From Guillardia theta CCMP2712 (Eukaryota; Protista; Cryptophyta), in assembly GCF_000315625.1 (NCBI RefSeq), contig NW_005434646.1, forward strand, positions 408,134 to 472,133: 64,000 nt of DNA, read 5' to 3'. Made by a program: the position numbers and the translations under genes. Under the pieces are notes generated by a model. That model was not told the origin of the DNA. It searched no databases and saw nothing but the letters and a program-made list of their open reading frames with translations. Shown one piece after another: positions 23,600 to 35,462 of this stretch; the first letter of the stretch is position 1, and every line of letters begins with the position of its first letter.

Positions 23600-25474
23600 A
23601 TGCCAGACCTGCAGCAAAGAATCGACCAGAAGAAGAGGAGGCCTCCCCTAAATCGAAAGAAGGAGGACTTGAGGCTGCGCCTGAGGGCCATAAAACTTTC
23701 AGACCCTGACCCAGTGATGAAGACTTTGGAAGATGCTTTTGTGCGAGCAGCAGAGCTACTCTTGTCTGCAGACTACGTGCTCATTGCAGCGGGAGCAGGC
23801 TTCTCAGCCGACTCTGGTTTGCCAGTCTACAAGGACATTGCGGATGTTGACGCGTACAAGAAGATGGACGTGACGTACGCTGATCTTTGCGTCCCAGACT
23901 GGCTGCTGAAAGATCCGGAGATCTTCTATGGGTTCTGGGGCTCGTGCTACAACGACTACCTTGGAACTACACCTCACAAGGGCTACGAGATCGTCAAGGA
24001 GTGGATTGACTGTGGATTCAAAGGGAGGGAGGGAGGCTCTGGTCCAGGAGTGGGGTGGGGTGGGAGCAGCACTACGCAGCAGAACGCTGACATCCTACAA
24101 CCTTGCAAGCCGTCATTGAGAGGTCTACCCTACACAGCTCGGCCCACTTCGGCCGTAGTGCCCGCATCAAGAGGTAGTGCGGATCTAAGGGATCGGGCCG
24201 GGTCTGACATTCATGTAAGACCAATACTCCTTCAAGAACAGGCCCAAGTCCACGTCTATGATTCGCAAGAAGCTCGAAATGACCAAACTGAAGGAACCAG
24301 ACTTCTTCGTGTACACTTCAAACGTGGACACAGCCTTCCAGGTGAGGAGCTGCTGATGGCCTTACACGATATCTGAGAGAAGGCTGTGTAACAGAGAGCC
24401 GGAGTAGACCCTGCCTTGATCTATGAAATACACGGAGACGTGATGAAATGGCAGTGCAGGATCCCTTGCTGCCAGAAGGTCTGGTCGCTCCCTGACGATT
24501 ACCGGTGCATGAAGGCTTGAGGAGGATGCGTTTCTGATCCACTTTCAGGTTTCAAGTTGACAAGGACACCCGTCGAACCCAACGATTCCGGAACGCTGAA
24601 GGACAGAAAGGGGAAGAAGAGGGCAAAGATCTTATATATAGGCATGGGAAAGTTTTAGAGATCGAGGAACCAAGCAACCGCAAGATGGACTTTCGAGGTT
24701 TGACGCCATACACACAGAACCAGAGCTTGAACAGGTTCATCAGTTCACCTCAGAGCCCTCAATGCTAAACGCGTATATGATCCTATCAGGCTGGTGCGAT
24801 TCGGTGATGAGGCATCAAATCGCAAATGTTTCGATGAAGAGTTGAGGTGTCAAGTGTGCGATGGGTTAGCAAGACCAAATGTCCTCATGTTTGACGATGA
24901 CAGATGGGTGAATTAAGTTGCGCTTTCAGCTGAGCCCTGACTGACGATCTCACAGATCGAAACAGATGAATCAAACTACAAGACGTGGGTCAAGCGAGCT
25001 GTGGTGAGCTGATGAACATAGATGTTGAGTTAGATTGATCGCATACGCTGCAGGCTAACATGAAGCTGGGGAAGAAAGTAGTGATCCTTGAGGTCAGGCC
25101 AAACTGATTGAGCACAACGAGATGCCTGCTAATGTCCTGCTGCTCAGGGCGGGTGCGGCAAGAGAGTTCCGACAGTGAGGTTGAACTCGAACAAACTTGT
25201 TGCCAGCGGTGCCGGTGACTTCTGCTCCTCCACCTTGCGAGGCAGAGCTCCTGACATGCTGGATTATCAGACCTTATCAGGATCAACCTTGACTTCCCTC
25301 TCAATCCAAAGTATCCCTCGAAGACTGTCTCCCTCCAAACTTCTGGTGCGTGTCAAACCGTCCGGCATCGGGCCGGAGGCTGACTGGGCTGACTCTTTGG
25401 CAGTGCTCAATGCGCTGGTGGGAATAGATGAAGCGATCAGGCGGTTGTGCTATCGGACAAGGTCTCAGCCTTGA
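23600..25474 (+). CDS. Sir2-family NAD-dependent deacylase, multi-exon
   Basis: VLIAAGAGFSADSGLP, FYGFW, PHKGY, FFVYTSNVD, IYEIHGD..WQC, CQVCDGLARPNVLMFDD, GCGKRVPTVR, LIRINLDFP. Confidence 0.9.
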
Positions 25475-25834
25475 GCTCAAATCACAGCCAGGTGTGACGC
25501 CTCAAGTGAATCAATGATTGAACTGAAGTGAATGTAACCGTAATCGATCGTCATCGACAAGTATTCTTAATGAAGTTAATAGTTCTAGTTGCCACTGGAC
25601 TAATCGAGTCAACTCGCAACCCGTAGCCCGCTGCCGGGCCGTCATGTCAGTGGCCGGCGCTGGCATCATAGCCTCCTGGCACTCTCCTGATTGTCCTCGT
25701 ACTGATTTTAACCTAACTTTAAGTAAAATCTATAGTCAAGCGGCCTTCGGCGGGGAAGTAATCAAAGAGGGTAACTGGATATTTCACTCACGTCATCATC
25801 GAAGCAGCAGTGACAGCGATCGGATGGCGTGAAG

Positions 25835-27453
25835 ATGGCAGGGGGGGCCTTGGCGAGGTTGATGCTGCTGGCGCTGGCAGCAGTCGCTGGTGGGGCCCAG
25901 TACCTTCCTCCTGGTCAGGTGCGCCTTCCATGTCCTGTCTCTCCTCCTCCTCTCGCTGACCCGCTATGCTCGCGCATTCCTCCCCACGATGAACCCACCT
26001 GCCTGCGTCCATCGCAGACTCCTCGTCTCACCCTTCCTCTGAGCGTCTCTACCGCCATTGCCCTCCTGCCCACTGTAGCTCGCTGTAGCTCCTCCCTCTA
26101 ACCCCCTACCCACCCCCTCTCTCTTTCTATGCTTGATCTTGGAACTCGCCGGGTTTGCTAGGCTGACATGAGGCTGCAGGGTACCTGGTACATTACTTCG
26201 AGCACTGTGCGAGCGGAAGGGGAGGGGTGATAGCAAGACGCGAGAGGGAACATGCGGCACTGATCATGATACGCCTGCAGCTGTGACGTCGACTGGCTCG
26301 AGATCGAGGTGGGGGACGTCCGGAAGACCGTCATGGTCTCGGAAGCACAGAGAGACGTTGATTGCAGGTTGTTTCCTATCTTGTCCAGCCCAAGTGCTTC
26401 ACACTCCCTCACTTGTTCGCTTCGAAGAGCTTGCCTCTGCTGTGTTGTTCTGTCTTGATTGAATCTGCTCTGGTATCAGCCCGGGGTCCAACAGCTGCCT
26501 CTACTACTTCCTGTGGAAGTGTGCCAGTAAGAGCAGGTTGCAGCTGTTGAGAGGTTTGACGCGTGACAGAACTCGACACACACGAGAAGCGACCTGAGGA
26601 GCAGAAAGTGAGTCTGAAGTCCTGCCGACGGAACAAGAGCTCTGACCTGAGCACAGCTGGCTGTCATGATCGACCTGGAGGGCAAAACAGCAAAGGCTGT
26701 GACCCCCCAGTACGACTTCGCGTCCTTCGACGGCCAGATGCACGTTGTGGAGGAGGAGTACACCGTCTCCAACGTCATGCTGAAAGGTGTGCGCGCCTTG
26801 GCATGTAGATGAGTCAGTGACGTGCGGTGGACTGAAGGGACTCAAACGTGGAAGTGGACGAGTGCGGATGGCAAGCATGTTTGCCAGGGTCAAGATCAGA
26901 TCGTCGGGCGGCCAGGCATGTAGAGGGTGAGGAGGGAAGGGGGGGAAGTGACAATGAGCGCGCAGGAACTTCAATGTCCTGCGATTTCTGGTGGGAGGAG
27001 AACGAGGATGGGGCAGAGATTCCTCGAGACCTGAACGGAAAGGTGGAGGCTGACAAGCGCGCGGGCCGGGGGGAGGAGGCGCTACTGGTGGAGGGGAAGA
27101 AGGCGTTTGTGCCTGGAGGTAGAGCAGAGGGACTGAGCGGTCAGCCGGACAATGACGCGAGGAGTGAGGAGGAGCAAGAGAGGCAAGACGCGAGGGACGC
27201 GTACCACGAAAGCCTCGTGCACCTGCCGTACGCGCCGGACGAGTCAACGACGGAGGACGGGGTAGCCATCGAGCAGTTTGCGGCACCCATGATCACTGAG
27301 ATGATGTTCCTCCTGGCGATCGTGCCCATATGCGGAATCCTCGTGGTCTACTTGAGGAGGAGGAATTTCAGGATCAGCATGGACCTCGGGACAGGGAACT
27401 CGTCAGTATCGCTGCTGATGAGGGACGGGAACGTGGCGTATCAGTACTCTTAA
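25835..27453 (+). CDS. Hypothetical type I membrane protein (signal peptide and C-terminal TM), multi-exon
   Basis: Signal peptide MAGGALARLMLLALAAVAGGA; C-terminal TM MMFLLAIVPICGILVVYL followed by an RRR stop-transfer. Confidence 0.65.
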
Positions 27454-27690
27454 GGGCCCTTCTGGCGAGCTCTTTGCCAGCGGGGATCCTGCGATGATTA
27501 TGTTTTCCATGTACATAGACAAGGGCAGGAGAATGAGAGCAGAGGACAGAGAAGGTAGGAGGAGGCAGAGGGAAGGAGGAGAGGGGAGGGGAGGGGAGAA
27601 TTGGGAGTTATGGGAGGACGAGGGGAGGGTAAGCAGTCTTCCGCTTCTCAAACATTACTATATTCACTTAGTACATACATGCTTTGAGCT

Positions 27691-28508
27691 TCAAGAGCGA
27701 CCTTGTGACCTCGTTTGGTACAAGTTGTTCAACTTGCTCCTGTCATACATCGTTCGGTCCACCTCCTCCTTCCTAGGCAACATCCGGTCACGGGTGCTGC
27801 GAGCAAGAGGCCGCTCCCGCTTCACTGGGGGGGTCAGGCCGAGGCCCTCGAGCAGGGCCGACGGGATTCCGTTGCTCCTCTTCCCCATGGTCGTGAGCTC
27901 TTCGAGGAGTGAGAAACCTCCCGAGCTGCTCTCCTCCTCCCTGGCTGCCGGCGGGTGGGCATGGCCGTTGGTGGACCTCCTGTCGATGCCCCGGGTGAGG
28001 AGGGCGAGAGACGCCTGGATGTCTCGGATCGCCGACATCATCTCGTCGCACTGCGCGCAAGACTTCTTGCTCCGAAAGTAGCTCCCCCTGTTCGGGAGCA
28101 GCTCCTTGCGCGGAGGGAGGAAGGAGTCCCGCCAGTCGGAGCCCTTGCCGGCTCGGCTCCGATGCATGAGGAAGGTCGGGAGCTTGAGTAGCTTCTGCTC
28201 TGCCAGGGCCTCGTGGTCTGCAGTCTTTGAGTCTTCGAGGCTGAGGGAGGTGTTCTTCTGGCTCTTGCGGAACTCGAGGGCAGAGTTCTCCATCTCGATG
28301 AGCATCAGCTTCATCGCCAGCATCGAGACTGAGTCGACGCTCGCGCACCCGTGCTGGATCTCCTTGTCCAGCATGCGCTGCACGTAGGACTTGAGCTGGG
28401 ACCTGATGATGCGATCGAAGTAGACCAGGTCCTTGCAAGGAGCCAGTCAGCAAAGGGGACAACAGATCAACTCAAGAAGAAACGAGGGATTCGGGCAAAA
28501 GGTCAGGA

Positions 28509-28554
<46 letters not shown>

Positions 28555-28890
28555 AGTGAAAGCGACATCCAATCACGGGGAGTGTTCGCTCACAATGTGA
28601 TCAATGCCTTCACTTAAATCTTCGTTCTGAAAGATGGAGGAGAAGGACTCTTGCGTGAAGTCCACGTCCTGAGCCCAAGGGAGTTTTCGAAAACCTTCCT
28701 TCAGCTCAGTGAGCGATATGCTGCCCGAATCATCCGAGTCCATGATCTGAGAGTAAACACGAGGCTGTCATTCGCAGAAGCAGGAGCGGGAGCGGAAGCA
28801 GGAGCAGGAGGAGAGAGGAGAGAGGAGAGAGGACAGAGGAGAGAGGAGCAGCAGCAGGAGCAGGAGAAGAGAGGAGAGAGGAGAGAGGAA

Positions 28891-28926
<36 letters not shown>

Positions 28927-30911
28927 AAGGAAGTGGAGATTGAAAGCAATATGTACCTGGAACAGCGCGTTGATTTTCTTGGAGAGCTCGTGGGAGCTTG
29001 TGCTCGTGATCAAGGAGGCAAGGAGAGGGTCCAAAGGGCTTGAACTTCCATGAAGCGCGTTCGCCTTGGCCATCTTGCAAGGGAAATCGCAAAATCGCAG
29101 TCATGGTCGTAGGACGAGCAGGGAGGTCGCACAGCACAGTTTCACCTTCTCCTTCTCCTGCTCCACAGCAGTGGTGAAATTCTCCAGCAGGACGGCCACC
29201 ACCACTTGCAACAGCGTCCAACCGACGAAGACTGCTCATAGGGGTGAGGAGGAGGCTGGTGATAGCAGAGAGAGGGGGGCGAAGAGACCGATGAAGGAGG
29301 CGAAGAAGAACGCGACCCCAACATTGTACTGCCCTTGATTGTCTCGGAAGAGCGGCCTCACGATCTCCGAGGACCCTGGCAGTCACTGTCAGTCGGTTTA
29401 TCGACGAGTCCGCCTCCTCACATCCGTCTCCCGTGCAGACTTGAAACATCTGCACCCTCCGTCAGCAGGCCGACACTCAAAGGGGTCTCAGTAACCGTGA
29501 AGAGCGAGCTGGAGAAGCGCCCGAAATTGCGAGGCGAGTCTGGACCGAAGAGCTGGACGGCACTGGAGCAATCCTGTGAACAAGAGGGCATGCAGCTAGC
29601 GGGCAACTGACAGGATTGCGTAGATCGAAGTGATGAGAAGCATCAGGAAGAAGGCGTGGAAGACAGGCTGGATGCTTGCAGAGAGGCTGTTGATGATGAG
29701 GCGCAGGGACTGGAGCCTGCCGAACAGCCGGATGACCTGGAGCAAGGCAAGCCTCGTGACGACAAGCAGATCGGAAAACCCTCATCCCCTGTACCCTGAA
29801 GGCTCTCAAGAGCCTGATGGCATTGATCCCTGGGAGGTTGTAGTTGGAGAGCGCAACGATGGAAACCATCACGACCAACTACTCATTGCGCGTCACATCA
29901 GCTCCATGATAGTCGAAGAGTCGTACCAGGTCGAACAGCGACCATCCGTCTGAAACAAACCTTCGGAAGAGATTTCCACACATGTTGACAGCCAGCTGCC
30001 AGATAGAGGTAAGGCACAAGAGGCAGATGACAACTTGTGACCTCTAAAGTGAACAAAACAGTGAAGATGATGTCCAGATTTGAGAAGACAACGTCGTAAT
30101 ATGAACCATTCACCTAATCATTGTTGGTAAGGTTTGACATAGAGGCGCTAAGATCAATGTACAGGCAAGAATTCAGACTGCAAAACGTTGCTGATGAAAT
30201 TCAGCGAGATCAGCATGGACGTGGAAAATTGGACGGGATTAGACTGATAGAAATCGCGGACTTTCTTCTGTAGTCGTTTGATCTTGAATCGAATGGTAGA
30301 AGAGTTCGATCGATGAGCTCTGTGCATTTCCACGATCTCTGACAACTTCTCCAGGAATGTTCTGCAAAGACTTTCTTCGACAAATCTGCAAAGTAAACGT
30401 CAGGTGAAAGCTTATGGTTGGGTTCGACTCTAGCCTGAGGAGAAGAAATCCTGAATCAAGATTCTCACTCGAGGGCAGCATCTGTATTCGGACATGGAAG
30501 AAGGTGTCGACCGTGTCGATCTCTTGAGGGAAAACATCATTGTAGAAGCTGTCAAGGGCGGCATGGCCTCCAACCTTGAGTGAGGCCACCTGCCAGCAGG
30601 GTGAGAAGGAGAAGCAAGATCATCGTCGAGACAGCACGGACATGATCGATCTCTGAGGTGGCCACGATGTCCTTGAGAGTCCCGAAGTCCTCCTCTATCT
30701 CGTTGGTGTACAAGGACAAATACCTTGCGCTGAGCACCCCTCGCCTGCCATTCCACTGCATGAGTTTTGTGCTGTAAACCTCCATGGCTCCATCGTAGAT
30801 CGTTGAAGTCGTCGAATTCCCTGACAGCCGGAGGGAGACGGGGTTCTCCCCCTTGATGGATCCGCCGCGAACCGACATGGCGGTGAGTGGCTCAGCACGT
30901 TCCTTAGGCAT
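27691..30911 (-). CDS. Single-domain (6TM) voltage-gated cation channel with N-terminal PH-like region and C-terminal EF-hand, multi-exon
   Basis: S2 LDIIFTVLFTLE; S3 GWSLFDL; S4 IRLLRAFRV|IRLFGRLQSLR; pore FGRFSSSLFT|MFQVCTGDG; S6 WTLLQVVVAVLLENF; EF-hand MDSDDSGSISLTEL. Start codon uncertain. Confidence 0.88.
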
Positions 30912-32306
30912 CCTTCAGCTCCCTTCCTCGGTCATCTTCATATCCAACTTCGCTGCCATCCACCTGGTAAAATGGCTTCAGAAAGATTCACATTGCTTTC
31001 GCCTCTTCTTTGTCACGTTGTAAACATCCTCCCTTGCATCCCTTCCTCCTACTTTGTTCATCTACTCGTAATATCCTCGCTCTGCTCTGCTCTGCTCTGT
31101 TATGAGATTAGCTCTGCTGTACTGATCTCTGCTGAGTTCTTTCCACACCGTCTCTCCTCTCCTCTCCTCTCCTCTCCTCTCCTCTCCTGTCAAGCTCTTC
31201 ACTGACTTCCAATAGCTCCATGCGCCCGGTGCCATTCTTTGACCTACTTCGCCTTGTTCCCTAGGACCTCCTACGAGAAAGTCATATCAAGGCGAACGAG
31301 GGTGGTGGACCCCTTGTGTTGACCGAAGGCGTGCAAAGTGGAAGGAAATGCCGGGGGGAGAGAGGGGTGGTAGATATTGGGAGGTAGAAGACTAGGACTG
31401 GGTGGGGTAGTAGAGGGGTAAGGCACGGAATTTTGTGAAGGCGAAGGAAAGAGGGGGTAGGGTGATAATAGTATCAGGGGTGAATGGGACCTAGGGACTA
31501 GGGGGTTGTATCAAGATGATGGAGGGGTAGGGGTGAAGAAGTAGGAGGGTGGTGGTTCATTCCTTACACTTACAGTTACGATATTTTGACTACAGTAACG
31601 GTCCATCCGCAAATAGAAGCAAGGGCGCCATGTTTGCGATCTTGTCGGCAACTTTCACGTCCCTCGTCCCTGAGGAGCAGGCGGGTGAGAAGGAGGAGGA
31701 GAAAGAGAGAAGAGGAGGAGAGGAGGAGAGGAGGAGAGGAGGAGAGGAGGAGAGGAGAGGAGAGGAGAGGAGAGGAGAGGAGTGGAGGAGAGAAGGAGAA
31801 AATGAGGGAAGAGGGGGGAAGGAGAGAAGGAGAAGAGGGGAGGAGAGAGGATGAGGATCAAGAGCAAGCCACAGAGAGACATGAAAGTCGTAAAGGGGAA
31901 GGAGAGTGAGGGTAGGATAGACAAATAGTTGGGCTGAATTGCTTCGTCTCGTAGGCTTCGTCATGCCAAGCAACAGCATAATGGATAAGTACGATGAGGA
32001 TCATCCGGAATCCTGCAAGGAGTTCAGGCACTGTGAGCTAGCTATCTTATGGTGAGAGGTTGGCTTCTGACATGACTCAGGCGGATCGCGTGCCAGCTTT
32101 CGGTCCTTCCCCACTCAGCATTTTCAGCCTGCTCCGTCACTCGCGAAGGCGAAACAGGAGAAGCCTCACTTCGTCGGTCATTACATGCGTGCGCTTTGGT
32201 AAGCGACGAGAACTCAAGACGACCACCAACATTTGATGCTCGCCTTTAGAGCACGTTTCTATTCCTTCCTTTGAGCTTACAAATTTATACATCATTAATC
32301 GACTGG

Positions 32307-35174
32307 TCAGCTTCGCTTTTCCATCAGTCTCTGGGTCTGAATTCTCTTTTCTTTGAACCTGAGGGAGAAATGGTCTCGATCAATCCGTTTGTGAATTCGA
32401 TCATTCTAGTCCCGTCGCTGTGGGCAAAGTAAGAAGCATCCTAATGCTCATCCTACCATCAAACACACCTGAATATTCTCTGCTTTGTTCCATCAGGGAA
32501 TATGCTTTCTTCTTCCTTGTTGCTCTTGATATACTTCAATGTGCCATCCGGGAAAAGAATCTCTTTCCTTCCATCAGGATAGTGCTTCTCCTTCTGATTG
32601 TTGCTGAACTCAAAAACCTGCAGCACGATGGTGTGAGCTCGTTGTTTGACTTTCAAGCACTACAGCAACTTACCTCGATGCCGTCAGGAAATGTCGTGTG
32701 AGTTGTGCTGGTCTCAGCATAGAAGTAAATGACTCGTCCGTCCTTTAAATTCCTCTTCACGTCACGGTTCGAGAAATGGACGAGGCTGCCACCGTCGGGG
32801 AAGATTTCCTTTCCTTAGGAAAGATGTCAGTCACTTTCAGTGAAGACATGTCTCAGAAACTTACTGGTGCCATTCGAAAAAATAAGAACTCTTCTGCCAT
32901 CTGAATACCTCTGCTCAATTTTTCCATCTGCATGTTGCTTTTCTAACACGAGCTGGGTCTCTTCATCGGAACCCTTCGAGCTTTCCTGCTTTCTCAAACC
33001 AGCATCAATGACCAGAGTCTCGTCGAGAAGGTCTGTTCGACTCTGCGTGATGATGCTCGTTCCATCGTTGGATATATTCAGTGCAGTGGTCCTCTTCTCC
33101 TGCATGTCCGGAATGATCTTGATGCTATTCGATTCCTCCACAGCCACTTGTGCTATATGAGAAGCTAGAGTCTCTTCCGATCTGGGGGTCATGCAAGGAA
33201 CAAAATTATCACGTGCAGTTGATTCTTTGGCCTTGGAGAGTTTTGCTTTGGCTTGGATTAGCACTTCCCTATCTTGAATGGCAAGACGAGCTTCTTCGCT
33301 GAATTTCAATTCTCTTGCCAACTCTTCATTCTTTGCCGTCAAATCGTCAACTTTCTTCTTCAGCCTCTCGATCTCTGACCGTAACTTCTTCTCTTTACGA
33401 GAGTTTTCCTCCTGCGCTGCCTGCAACTCCTTCCTGGCACTATCTCGTTCGGCACGCGTGTCCTGGACCTGCTGCTGCCACAGAGCAACATTCCTCTCCA
33501 TATCTTTTCTGTCCTTTCGAAGTTTCTTCATTTCGGCTTCTTTGTATTTCTCGAACCTGTTCTCGGCATCGTGCAAATTCTTGGAGAGGCCTTCTTTCTC
33601 GGCTATCAAAGCCTGCCTTTGACTTTCAACTTCGGATCTAACTTTCTGAAGCATCTCATTCTGCCTCCGAAACTCAATGATTTCGTTTTCTAATTCAAGC
33701 ACTTTGCGTTCTACAGATGCGCCTTCGCTTTGTTCGCCAGAATGTTTCATCTCTTGCTCAGCGCTTTGCTTTTTCCCTTTTTGGATTTCAGATCTTGGTG
33801 ATGCGATGGTAACTTTTTTCTGTTTGTTTGGAGATTTCAATTGACTTTTGTTTGATTGATTTCGATTACCCGAGGACAGACTTTTAGCTGATTTTCCTTT
33901 CTCATCATTCACAAAAAATTTGTTCACGAGGCTCGATCGAGTCACGGTATGTTCGCCTTCAGGAGCCTTCCCATAGTAATTGATGTCATCTTCCATCATA
34001 TTGTTCTCGTCGCTGTATCCCTTAGTCATACTTGCAGTCAGACCTGCATTTGTCTCCGCATCATTTGACCACTCCTCATCATCACCATATTCAATATGCG
34101 CATTCGAGCGGTAAGGAATCAAGGCCGGCTCCTCCTCAGCGTCTTCATCATAAATGTCCTCCCCATCCTCATCGTTCAGCATGTTGTTCTTCATCGCTCC
34201 TTCCCCATCAGTGAAGGCATTCACCTGTATTGCTCCACTCTCTTGCAAACCAGCAGCAATCTTTCTCTCGATTGACTCAAACTCGCGAAGCTCCTCGTCC
34301 TCGCTGTTTTCCCTGTAAGAGTCATCTCCACCATTGAAGCGAGTTTGAGCACGAGGCTCGTCCTCATAGAGGGAAGGCCTTGCTGTCAGCGTGTTCCTCT
34401 CTTGATCTGATGTCTCCTGGTAGTCATCAGACAGAGAAGCTGCCTGATCGCACTCGTCCTGCAAGTTCCTCGCTACTTTCCGCTCCCAGGTCCCGTTGCC
34501 GACCTCCGCATCTTCCTCGGAGTGGCTCCCATGAAATGAGCTCGGAGCTGTTTTGGGCCTCATCTCCTCCCTTTTCATATCAGTCGATCTCCTGGTCTCC
34601 AACGAGCTCCTAGCGTTCTCTCGTCCGTCTTTTGCAGCTTTCGTGTTGGACTTCGAGGAGCTTTGATTGGTCCTGTTGGTTTCAGCCAAGGGTTGTCGAC
34701 TCTTTCCTGTCGAGTCGTTCATGCTCTGCCTTCTATCTTGATCACTCTTTAAATTCACTAATGAAGCATTCAGACCACCTCCTGAAAGATCATGAGTGAC
34801 GAGAACGATGAAATTGATCTAGTACCTCGTTTCAAGAAGCTTGTTCGGGTGCCAGAGTTCGGTGCTGACTTGATAGTGTCTGTTGACGATGAGTCCTTCG
34901 CCAATTCCCTCTCGAGGAGCTCCTCGAAAGAGCTGGGACCTCTCTTCATGATAGGGATTTCATCCGCGGGATTAGGGGGCAGCCATTCTTGGGAGGAGGG
35001 GGAGCGATCGTTCGAGATGCCGTTCAACACCTCTTCGCTAGATTTCCTCTCTTGCTCCTCGTCTTCCCATCTCTGAGAGATCCTCACTGTCGTCTCTTCT
35101 TCATGCTGGCTCTCCTCCCTCCCCTCCACCATCGCGCGGCTGATCTTGTTCCCCTTCCTCTCTTTCCCCGCCAT
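32307..35174 (-). CDS. CENPJ: Centriole protein SAS-4/CPAP/CENPJ (coiled coil and TCP domain)
   Basis: C-terminal TCP repeats: IEQRYSDGRRVLIFSNGT, VHFSNRDVKR, VIYFYAETSTTHTTFPDG, FEFSNNQKEKHYPDGRKEILFPDGT; N-terminal SFEELLE..FLKRG; central coiled coil. Confidence 0.92.
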
Positions 35175-35462
35175 TGCCCTTTATAAACCCCTTTAGCTAA
35201 ATCTTTTGAGATCCTTTTAGCTCACTTATTTTTAGTGAAGTTGAGTGCCCGGGCCGGGCGAGCCTCGGCCCGCCGCGCGGCCCCCGGGTCCGGATGCCGC
35301 AACGGCTGAACAACGGCCATTCGGTTTTGAGTTTTTTCAAAATCTACACGCCTTCCCCTTCATCCACCGTTCCCCTCCTCTCCCCACCTCTCTCCTGTTG
35401 TCAACCACTCCTGCTGCCCCATCCCTCTCTGATCTTCCCCTCTCCTGTGCATCCTGATCGAA

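Noticed and set aside
28505-28925. GA/QE-repeat ORFs
   Set aside because: (GGAGCA)n and purine-rich repeats inside introns of the channel gene.
31590-32130. Possible small spliced minus-strand gene
   Set aside because: Exon-like fragments surround a purine-rich tract, but I could not build a consistent model or find a recognisable motif.
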